A stretch of DNA of 49,403 bases, from the NCBI GenBank assembly GCA_964016885.1, contig CAXHJY010001275.1, positions 1 through 49,403 of the forward strand, read 5' to 3'. Below the pieces are notes generated by a model. That model did no database searches and was not told the DNA's origin. It saw only the letters and a program-made list of their open reading frames with translations. Position numbers and translations under genes: made by a program. Shown here piece by piece: positions 38,597-49,403 of this stretch (position 1 is the first letter of the stretch; the number at the start of each line of letters is the position of its first letter). The stretch comes from Eledone cirrhosa. Lineage: Eukaryota.

Positions 38597-39982
38597 TCTT
38601 TCGATGTAGTGAATCTCTACACAACGATCCCACACCAATACGGACTAGAAGCAATAGGATTCTGGCTAGAGAAATATCCCAATGAGATACCTGACAGAAT
38701 AGAAAAAAGCTTCATCACCGAGGGATTAAAATTCATCCTACAGAACAACTTTTTTGATTTCGATGGCAGTACTTACAGGCAAATATCGGGGACTGCGATG
38801 GGCACAAAAGCCGCTCCAACTTATGCCAACTTAGTCATGGCATACTTAGAAGTCCAGATATATGAACAGTCCAAATCAAAATACGGATTGAACTTCCACA
38901 AATATTTATCAGAGAATTGGAAACGCTACTTGGATGATTGCCTCATTCTTTGGTCCCACACACTCGACCAACTGAAGGATTTCAAAAACTTAATAAACGG
39001 CATCAATAACCACATCCAATTCACAATGGAATACAGCCAAGATCAACTCCCATTTCTGGACATCTTAATCACAAAAAAAGACACAAATATCGAAACTGAC
39101 ATACACTACAAACCAACAGATTCCAAACAATATCTGCTATTCACCTCCAACCATCCAAAGCACACGAAGACGAACATTCCTTTTAACCTAGCAAGAAGAA
39201 TTTGCACAATTGTCTCCAATTATGAAACGCGAAATAAAAGACTTCAAGAATTAAAGGAAATTCTACTTGAGAGAGAGTACCCACTATTACTAATAAATAA
39301 TGGAATAGAAAGGGCTAAAGCAATAGGCATTGATGAATTACGGAAACAGAAACAAATTCAAGGTACGTCCAATATTCTATCATATATCTCAACACACAAC
39401 CCAAGAAATGCGGAAGCTTACAACACTATTCACAATAACATCCCACTACTAAAACAAAACCCAAGAATGAAAAAAGCCCTTGAAACACACAAAATAATCA
39501 AAAGCAAAAGACAACCAAAATCACTGAAAACATTACTCACCAATGCCAAATTACCTACCACAAACCCACAACCAAGTATCAAAAAATGTGGTCGCTCTAA
39601 TTGTGGAACCTGCACTCACCTCATTGAAGGCAACACGTATACATTTAAATCAGGACAAAATTTTACTGTAAAAAATCACTTCACTTGCTCATCAAAAAAT
39701 CTAATTTATGCCATTAAATGTAAAGGATGCAATGAAGATTATATAGGACAAACTAAACTCACACTCAGAAACAGAATGACAGTTCATCGCCAACAATTAC
39801 GAGATCCAACCACGAGACAAATACCACTAAGTGCACATCTAGACATTTGCGCAAGTAATAAGACACCCAAATTCCAAGTCTTCCCATTTTACCTTTGCGC
39901 TAACAATACAACAGAACAAATGCGAATAAATAAGGAAAATATGTTTATTCAAAAATATAGACCAACATTAAATAAGGTTTAA
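38597..39982 (+). CDS. PLE reverse transcriptase (from motif A) + Cys-rich linker + GIY-YIG endonuclease; N-terminally truncated
   Basis: SFDVVNLYTTIPH, GTAMG..APTYANL, RYLDD, LPFLD, HYKPTD, CGRSNCGTC linker, NLIYAIKC..C...YIGQT...LRNRM..H; no stops over 461 codons. Confidence 0.92.
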   Translation, partial: SFDVVNLYTTIPHQYGLEAIGFWLEKYPNEIPDRIEKSFITEGLKFILQNNFFDFDGSTYRQISGTAMGTKAAPTYANLVMAYLEVQIYEQSKSKYGLNFHKYLSENWKRYLDDCLILWSHTLDQLKDFKNLINGINNHIQFTMEYSQDQLPFLDILITKKDTNIETDIHYKPTDSKQYLLFTSNHPKHTKTNIPFNLARRICTIVSNYETRNKRLQELKEILLEREYPLLLINNGIERAKAIGIDELRKQKQIQGTSNILSYISTHNPRNAEAYNTIHNNIPLLKQNPRMKKALETHKIIKSKRQPKSLKTLLTNAKLPTTNPQPSIKKCGRSNCGTCTHLIEGNTYTFKSGQNFTVKNHFTCSSKNLIYAIKCKGCNEDYIGQTKLTLRNRMTVHRQQLRDPTTRQIPLSAHLDICASNKTPKFQVFPFYLCANNTTEQMRINKENMFIQKYRPTLNKV

Positions 39983-40465
39983 TATACATTATGTCAACAC
40001 CACAATATGACATACACACACACACATAACACCTACTTTAGAAAATAAAAACCCGAACTAAATAAACCTTAAACATACGTTTGCACTGGCAATACAACAG
40101 CAAACACGAAAAAGTCAGGAAAATATGTTCATTCAAAAATATTCCTACTAAAGGAATCATTTTCCTACACACACACATACACACACACACTATATATATA
40201 TATATATATATATTCTCTTCATCTTAACATGCTAACCATACTCCCACACACATAACACCCATACACACACATAAAAACCCCCACACCTACAACACCCTCC
40301 CCATTTCTACTAATAGAACCACTTTCCTACACACATATATATATACACACACACAAAAAATATATATTCTCTCTATCTAACATACTCGCACACACACACA
40401 TAACACCCATATACACACACACACAACTCCCTCCCCCATCTCTACTAATAGAATCATCTTCCAAT

Positions 40466-40504
<39 letters not shown>

Positions 40505-41014
40505 AGCACACAAATAAACACATATCTTCAGTCTCAATAGAAAATCTGAACTCTGACACCTGAACTCTGACAGCTGGCCATATTCACTGAACCAGAACAT
40601 TTCTCCCAATCCCTTTTCCCTTGACCACTATCTCTCCATCGTCATAACATTCACTATAGACTACAGAATAGTTTTCCAAATAAGGGCGCAAAAATGTAAT
40701 GAAAACTTGTTCACGTGACAGCCAAATTTCATTTATAACCAACCAAAAAAAAGCCTTCGTGAGCCTCATTTTTTCAAGTAAAAAGAAATTCAAACACTCA
40801 TATATGAAAAAACAACCTGTGACAACCCCCCCCCTCTCTTATTTGAAGAACTATTGTAACGCGAACTGGCGCGAAATTTATTATAATTATTGACAAACCA
40901 ATCAAATTACTTCTCGAAAAACTTGGTTTTCGAGCCAGTTTTTCCATATAAAACAAGTAACATTTAGAGACCAACCAGATGTGAGAAAAACCACAGACCC
41001 TCCATCTCAACTCA

Positions 41015-41052
41015 CCTTTTGAAAAGCAGAAGAACTGCGAAACCGGTAAAGG
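41015..41052 (+). ncRNA. Minimal type I hammerhead ribozyme, U3-A8 variant, in the PLE 3' pLTR
   Basis: CCUU-UUGAAAA-GCAG-aagaa-CUGC-GAAA-CCGG-UA-AAGG: stems I and II perfect, palindromic stem III, GUA triplet with cleavage after 41048. Confidence 0.75.
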
Positions 41053-41183
41053 AACCAAATAAATATATATATTTTTAAAAAAATAAGACTTCAGTTGCAT
41101 TTTCGATTTCATCCCTTTTTCTTTATACTTCCACTCGTGTAGGACACCTCGGTTATTTTTCATTTTGTAAAAAAAAACCTCAC

Positions 41184-41226
<43 letters not shown>

Positions 41227-41230
41227 TACA

Positions 41231-41310
<80 letters not shown>

Positions 41311-41312
41311 CA

Positions 41313-41352
<40 letters not shown>

Positions 41353-41411
41353 TATATACATATATTATGAAATACTGTTGGCTTCACGCTCACAATAATT
41401 TCTATACTTTA

Positions 41412-41556
<145 letters not shown>

Positions 41557-41557
41557 T

Positions 41558-41931
<374 letters not shown>

Positions 41932-42186
41932 TTTCCGAAAGTCACTGATGTTATGTCAGCGAGTCCCGGCCATGACGCTCTCACTCAATAAGACAATAGA
42001 CTCAGAGTGCACACATAATAGTTATGTAGTAAGAAACACTGGCAGTGTTTCGGTAGACATATGTATAAATATATGCATTTATATACATATATATGCAAAT
42101 CAATCTGCACACATACATGCATACACACATGCATGCATACAAACATGCATGCATACGTACCTACGTATCTACAAACACATACACAC

Positions 42187-42221
<35 letters not shown>

Positions 42222-42477
42222 TGTATGTATGTATGTATGTATGTATGTATGTAGGGAGGTAGGTAGGTAAGTATGTGTATGTGTATGTATATAGATAGAT
42301 ATATTGATAGATATATTTACAAAACTAATTAGGAATATCAACACAATAGGAATCCCAAAGGTAAAGCAGCATTTACGCATTAATATAATGGTACCTGAAG
42401 ACCTCCGCCTGGGACACCTCTTATACATTTGTTTACATTTAAATCTAGGCACACACATGCATTCTCATGTTTATGTT

Positions 42478-42517
<40 letters not shown>

Positions 42518-42641
42518 TAAAAATTATTATTATTATCATACACATATATATACACTATATATAAATATGATATACATAAACACACACCGACACACACACA
42601 TATATATATATAATATTGAAACGAAGTCATATAATATATAA

Positions 42642-42707
<66 letters not shown>

Positions 42708-42984
42708 CGAGAGAGAGAGAGGGAGAGTAGAGAGAGAGAAAGAGATGGAGAGTAGAGAGAGTGAGGCGGAGAGAGAGAGAGAAAGAGAGAGAGATAATTA
42801 AGGATAGTTTTCCGAAGGGAACGGAAGGAAACCCCATTTTAATATGATATTCTATCTATACGTTATTAGAGAAGAAGCATATATGTTTTATATATATATG
42901 TTTAAATGGACTAGAGGTGTTTCATACAAATGGAAGAGCTCTAATCCCATAGAATGTATTTCCATCAATCTATCTATCATTCTC

Positions 42985-43044
<60 letters not shown>

Positions 43045-43228
43045 CAACGTATACCTTCAGCAACGTATACCTTCCTGCCAGATGATTGAACGTCTGAAAG
43101 TATATACTTTCCTTATGCATATTAACGGCTGAGTAGACCAATTTGCGTATACATACTTATATTTAAGTAACAGCCGTACTAAGAGTGGGAAATGAAATTT
43201 CGTTTCATTTTTTCCGTTTATTATATAT

Positions 43229-43413
43229 GCGGTGGATTGGCAGTATCGGTAGAGGGTCAGACACCATGCTTTCCAGCATAGTTACGTCCCTTTACGATCT
43301 GAGTTCAAATCCCGCCGAGGTTGACTTTGCCTTTCATCCTTACGAGGTCGATAAAATAAAGTACCAGTAATGCACTGGGATAATTGATGGCCTTGTGCCA
43401 AAAGTAGAAACAA
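43229..43413 (+). mobile_element. tRNA-derived SINE, full length
   Basis: A box, B box and core. Confidence 0.9.
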
Positions 43414-43414
43414 T

Positions 43415-43450
<36 letters not shown>

Positions 43451-43611
43451 ATATATATATATTAGTTATTATAAATACAAAGACCAAAATCCAATATTTG
43501 CTTGTCATTTTGTCGAAATATTCATATCTATGCTTAGTGATAATATATGTTTCAAATCCCGTGTAAGGGTGAAAGCAAGTGTTTGCTTAAACATTTAATC
43601 TTTGCTAATAT

Positions 43612-44000
43612 TAATGTTTTCTACTTTTGGCACAAGGCCAACAATAACGCCAGTACATTACTGGTGCTTTATTTTATCGACCCCGTAAGGATGAAAGGCA
43701 AAGTTAACCTCGGCGGGTTTTAAACTCAGAATGGCAAGGGCCGTAACTCTATGCGTCAAAGCATGGTGTCCGATCTTCTACCAGTACTGCCAATCCACCG
43801 CCAATCTTTGCTAATAATAATTGTTTCTACGTTAGGCACACGGTCACCAAATTACCCAGTACATTACTGGTACTTTATTTTATCGACGCGTTAAGGATGA
43901 AAGGCAAAGTTAACCTCGGCGGGATTTGAACTCAGGCCATAAAGGGCCGTAACTCTTTGCTACAATGCATGGCGTCCGACCCTCTACCGATACTGCCAAT
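43612..44000 (-). mobile_element. Two tandem tRNA-derived SINEs (~43612-43802 and ~43820-44000)
   Basis: Family consensus on the minus strand, twice. Confidence 0.88.
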
Positions 44001-44493
44001 AACGATAATGATAATGGCGCTTCGGTCAGGATTTCACATATCTCTATATCTCTATATCTCCCTATGTATTGAGTACTCCCATGATTAGTGGTCTACCTGG
44101 TTTCGGCAGCGGAGACTCTCTCTCTGAATATCTATATCTATATATTTATATATCTATATATCTATATGTATATGTATATGTGTGTGTGTGTCTGTGTTCA
44201 TGTGTGTGTGTGGAACAAACAATGAGATATGTGAGGTGTGGTGTTTACTTGACACCATATACGTACATAGCTGAATGAAATGTTCTGAATATCGGTCAAA
44301 CGTCCTACACACACTAACATGCACACACACTTACACACACTTACATGCACACACACTTACACACACTTACACACACTTACACAAACACTCACACTCAGAT
44401 TTACGTATTGACGTATATATATATTTATATAAATATTAATATATATATATATATATAATTATGTATATAGTTATGTATATATATATATTAAAA

Positions 44494-44537
<44 letters not shown>

Positions 44538-44633
44538 TGTATATAGTTATGTATATATATATATAAATATTAAAATATATATATATATATATATAATTAT
44601 GTATATAGTTATGTATATATATATATAAATATT

Positions 44634-44697
<64 letters not shown>

Positions 44698-44709
44698 TAT
44701 ATATATATA

Positions 44710-44755
<46 letters not shown>

Positions 44756-44767
44756 TATATATATATA

Positions 44768-44835
<68 letters not shown>

Positions 44836-45093
44836 TATATGTAATCGTACATATTAATGACAGAAACACAGACCATAATTATAGGAATCCTACAATTCAA
44901 TGTCTGGAAATTTCCCAAAATTTTGCTGTCGCTGTAGAACTAATCAAAAACTCCTGAAAATGAAAAACCTTTAATACCCCCAAAACTAATTAAAATATAA
45001 CACTTTACGTTAAATGTCTTTTTATTAAGGATATCATTCAGATTCTTACACCTCCTATATATATTACATACACACATCATACATACATTCATA

Positions 45094-45185
<92 letters not shown>

Positions 45186-45199
45186 TATACATATATATG

Positions 45200-45230
<31 letters not shown>

Positions 45231-45282
45231 ATATGTATGTATACATATATATATACACATACACATATATATATGTATATAA

Positions 45283-45347
<65 letters not shown>

Positions 45348-45382
45348 TATATACATATGTATGTATACATATATATATATAT

Positions 45383-45460
<78 letters not shown>

Positions 45461-45480
45461 ATATATATATGTATACATAC

Positions 45481-45558
<78 letters not shown>

Positions 45559-45586
45559 ATATATATATATGTATACATACATATGT

Positions 45587-45689
<103 letters not shown>

Positions 45690-45749
45690 TTAATATAGAT
45701 GACTGTGGTTACCTCCGATTCAACTCGGAATAACGTATATATATATATA

Positions 45750-46080
45750 TACAAAAGGTAAACGGAAACAACAAACCGAATAATATAGTGTAATGAAGAA
45801 ATATATTAGCTTAACGATTGATATAGTAAGAAAAGTGTCTTAACGTTTCGGACATCAGTTCTACTTCAGAAGACATATTGAGAAATAAAAGATGCTTAGT
45901 TCTACACCTCTTTATAGAAAGGAAAATACGCATCAAATGCTCACTCGGGTGAACCTACAGTAATTGCACGTTACACTCCCTATATATATATATATATTTC
46001 TAACGTGCAATTACTGTAGTTTCACCCGAGTGAGCATTTGATGCGTAGTTTCCTTTCTATAAAGAGGTGTAGAACTAAGC
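45750..46080 (-). mobile_element. Fold-back non-coding element with 80-bp inverted arms (45894-45973 / 46001-46080) and a degenerate minus-strand HHR (45836-45875)
   Basis: Minus strand UGUCUU-CUGAAGU-agaac-ugau-gucc-GAAA-CG-UU-AAGACA; same layout as the 36320 motif. Confidence 0.6.
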
Positions 46081-46102
46081 AGAATGTAAATATAATAATA
46101 TA

Positions 46103-46250
46103 AAGATGATTTGTTATGTCTTCATTGCGTTTATTGAGTAGTTACGCGTGTTTCGCTATCGATCAGCTCAAAGTTCGATTTGGAGCTGATCAATAGCGAA
46201 ACGCGCGTCACTACTCAATAAACGTAATGAAGACATAACAAATCGTTCTT
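46103..46250. repeat. ~68-bp inverted repeat containing the 3' half of an HHR
   Basis: Arms ~46103-46170 / ~46181-46250; GCU..AGC-GAAA-CGCGCG-UC at 46185-46209. Confidence 0.7.
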
Positions 46251-46256
46251 TTATGT

Positions 46257-46290
<34 letters not shown>

Positions 46291-46296
<6 letters not shown>

Positions 46297-46365
46297 TTGT
46301 CCTCCCAAAAGAAATGTATACACACTTCAACAGCATTCTAATAAATGCATGTTATCATTTTTTGG

Positions 46366-46370
<5 letters not shown>
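46291..46370. mobile_element. Possible Tc1/mariner terminal fragment within (TA)n
   Basis: TA-CAGTTGTCCTCCCAAAAGAAATGTATACACACT resembles mariner TIR starts; no partner TIR seen. Confidence 0.3.
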
Positions 46371-46427
<57 letters not shown>

Positions 46428-46495
46428 GTAGGAACATACTTATTATTTAGATTAAACTTTACTAGTTTTAATCTATAGATATTCCTGCCTTTTAA

Positions 46496-46693
46496 CCTTT
46501 TAAAATTTACATTGCTATTGTATCTTACATTATTATCTCACATAATATCGAATCTACGAGAATTTGATATATATTTTGTTATATATTTTGAGAACAATAC
46601 CTTAACGTTAGTATGAGCAGCCAGTTACAGTCAGTTTGAACAGAAGAGATTAGAGAAATCTGGCAGGATGTGGCCGGTTTAAATGCTAAAGGG
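46496..46693. mobile_element. piggyBac-type MITE, second copy
   Basis: TTAA|CC... TAAATGCTAAAGGG|TTAA; internal identity with 19747-19955 (cacataatatcgaatctacgagaatttgatat). Confidence 0.8.
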
Positions 46694-46859
46694 TTAATCA
46701 ATATCTAACTTGCGCACTCCATATATATTAATTATCAGCTTAACATTGTTATAACAGAATTTAACTAAAAACGGATGTTATATGTATTATGCTTTGTGTT
46801 AGTAATTGTTAATTAACTGTTTCTGATTAACGTAATATTTACTTATGCATATACCATTA

Positions 46860-48746
46860 TCTTTATATATATAAAAGCGAGGATGTGTGTGTGCCTGTGT
46901 ACAACTTTGGATACCTAAGGCTTTTACAATTACCAACCGAATTTGAAAAAGATTTCTGTGCACGTTGCACAGGTCGCTAAGATGGTCACATCACAAAAAA
47001 CTTTTCCAATAGACCCACGTTGAGCAATAAAAAATCGATATCAAAATTATCGTAAGCAAAATTGATGTAAGGGAGATAACCAACTTTATTGACAATCCTT
47101 ATAAAGAGAGACCTTCGTTTTCAATTTTAAAACAACAATCATCGTCGGACGAAATTTCAGAAATATAAACATCAGATTCATTTGAAGATAAATCACTAAT
47201 ATTATCGTTTGTTTCTTGTTTATTCTTTGTTGCACTTTCAAAGTTAAAAAAACACTTGTTGTCTTAACTTGTTTCACTATATTAAGTGTTAATTTTCGCG
47301 TTAAGGGCCTAATCTCGCAGCAGTCTCGAATTGACGAGATTTTGATGATGGTTTGTTTATTATTAGAACAATCGTTATGGGACTTTCCATTCAAACCATT
47401 GGGACCTACAACTTTTACATTTCTAAAACTTTCATAAGCCATGTTGATACAAAAAAGACAAATTTGTTGCACTTTCAAAGTTAAAAAAACAGTTGTTGTT
47501 TTAACTTGTTTCACTATATTAAGTGTTAATTTTCGCGGTAAGGGCCTAATCTCGCAACAGTCTCGAATTGACGAGATTTTGATGATGGCTTGTTTATTTT
47601 TAGAACAATCCTTATGGGACTTTCCATTCAAACCATTGGGACCTACAGCTTTTACATTTTTAAAGTAATTTCGTCTACATTTGAGGCAGGCATTATCTAT
47701 GCTTCCAGCTGTATTCGTACATTCAAACTTTTTTGACAATGAAGGAACATACTGAACAGGATTCTTCCTGGATGTCCACGGATATATAAATGTATGTGAT
47801 CCACAGGATACGGTCAACTATCGAGTTGAATTTCTAAATTCTTTAAATCCTCCTGGTTTACCTCCTAATACATTGGTTCTGAAAAATATCACTCCTCCAA
47901 AACTATGCAATGGTACACGCCTTGTGGTTAAAAAACTGTCTCCACTTAGTATTGACGCTACCATTCTATCCGGATGTGGAAAAGGCGAGGATGTGATAAT
48001 AACAAAAATTAGCCTGACTACATCAGGCGTGGATACTCCCTTCTCCTTTCGCCGAACCCAATTTCCCCTTCGTGTTGCCTTTGCGATGTCCATAAACAAG
48101 TCGCAAGGTCAAACTCTGTCCGTCACTGGAATTCACTTGGATGAACCTTGCTTTTCGCACGGACAATTCTACGTTCCCTGCTCACGAGTTGGCAGTCAAA
48201 ATAATCTCTTTGCGTTTGTTCCGAAAAGAAAAACAAAGAATATCGGCTATCCTGAAGTGCTTTAATGTTAACAAAAAAACTTATTACAGCTCTGCCTTGA
48301 CTTCACCTTACTCATTACAAAACATACCAATGAATATGTCATGCAGGATATTTTGGATTATAAGTTCAAAATTTAACCATACACAGCAAAGGATGCTCTC
48401 AAAGAATAGATTTTCTCCTATTCTACTCTCATTGTTTTTATGTTTGTATACAACTCTGCTTTCATTACAATTTTTTATACTTTAGCAAAACTGCCTGTTT
48501 TTTTACAGATTTGCAACGTGTATTGTCTTTAATCATTTGTATAACTACATCCTGTTCAGTGTTTTCCTTCATTATCAACATAGTTTTATGTGTACAAAGA
48601 TTGCACTAAATATTCGTTTGCATTAATTATTGAAGACTTCTGCTTATTTTGACAGGTTGGGGACAAATAATGTTCTTCTTTTACTTCCTAGCTGTATATT
48701 CTTAGCATAATTTCAAACCCCGAGCAACGCCGGGTAAATCTGCTAG
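46860..48746 (+). mobile_element. Non-autonomous Helitron, 1887 bp, termini intact
   Basis: A|TCTTTATATATATAAAAG 5' end; 3' GC hairpin CCCGAGCAACGCCGGG (48719-34) then CTAG|T; no TSD; PIF1 remnant inside. Confidence 0.9.
47745..48265 (+). pseudogene. Helitron PIF1-like helicase C-terminal remnant
   Basis: ILPG..RIYK, frameshift, then [18 protein letters not shown].., [45 protein letters not shown]; the usual ..IMLLRN segment is deleted. Confidence 0.88.
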
Positions 48747-48888
48747 TCACCTATATAGAAACGAACGTAGATATTAAAACATGGATTTAATTTGATAATA
48801 TGATATATATGAATATATATATATATTAATTATATATATATTAATATATATTAATTATCAATTTGATATATATGAATATATATATGCG

Positions 48889-48995
<107 letters not shown>

Positions 48996-49076
48996 GTTAT
49001 TTATTAAAATAACAGATTAAAGTTTAAGCAAAGAATCGTTGCTTTCACTCTTAACGGGATCTTCTGAAACTAACAA

Positions 49077-49133
<57 letters not shown>

Positions 49134-49403
49134 ACATATATACATATATATATATATATATATACATATATATACACACACATATATATATATATATATG
49201 TGTGTGTGTATATATATATATGTATATATATATATGTATGTTTGTGTGTGTGTGTAATACGCGTGCTTTCCTCCCGTAAAAAGCTTTTTTTTTCCCATTT
49301 CTTTCTCTTCTTTCTCTCGTCTATATTTCTTTTTCTATATATTATCTATACGCATATTCACATATTCACATCCAAGCATAACACTCATGTGTACTGAAGC
49401 ACA

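Larger units (their letters stand above)
38597..41187 (+). mobile_element. Penelope-like element (Neptune-like), 5'-truncated, with a long 3' UTR/pLTR ending at (TA)n
   Basis: RT-GIY-YIG ORF; HHR at 41015-41052; TA runs on both sides; the 3' boundary is inferred. Confidence 0.8.

Noticed and set aside
40842-40890. Second HHR in the PLE 3' UTR (TTGAAGA...GCGAAA)
   Set aside because: U3 with G8 is uncompensated and stem II does not close on the core

Overview
AT-rich, microsatellite-dense eukaryotic DNA. The SINE families and (TA)n/(CA)n/(TATG)n load suggest a cephalopod (Octopus-like) genome, which is an inference. Almost all ORF-track entries are translations of simple repeats. Supportable content: one 675-bp minus-strand coding exon (3749-4423); a 5'-truncated but uninterrupted Penelope-like element (RT + GIY-YIG, Neptune-like; 38597-~41187); a non-autonomous Helitron with intact termini and a PIF1 helicase remnant (46860-48746); RTE and R4/Dong-like LINE fragments; about 18 tRNA-derived SINE copies; hAT- and piggyBac-type MITEs; and two large minisatellites (29-bp and 30-bp units). 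The most striking pattern is a set of short non-coding elements beside (TA)n tracts that carry type I hammerhead ribozyme (HHR) motifs and often have fold-back and partial-tandem architecture. In the best case (1-1064), a 528-nt unit runs from one predicted HHR cleavage site to the next, and the axis of a 254-bp palindrome lies exactly at the equivalent of that site. This fits a retrozyme-like system mobilised by Penelope-like elements, and the window's own PLE carries a U3-A8 variant HHR. All RNA folds were made by eye and none has been tested.
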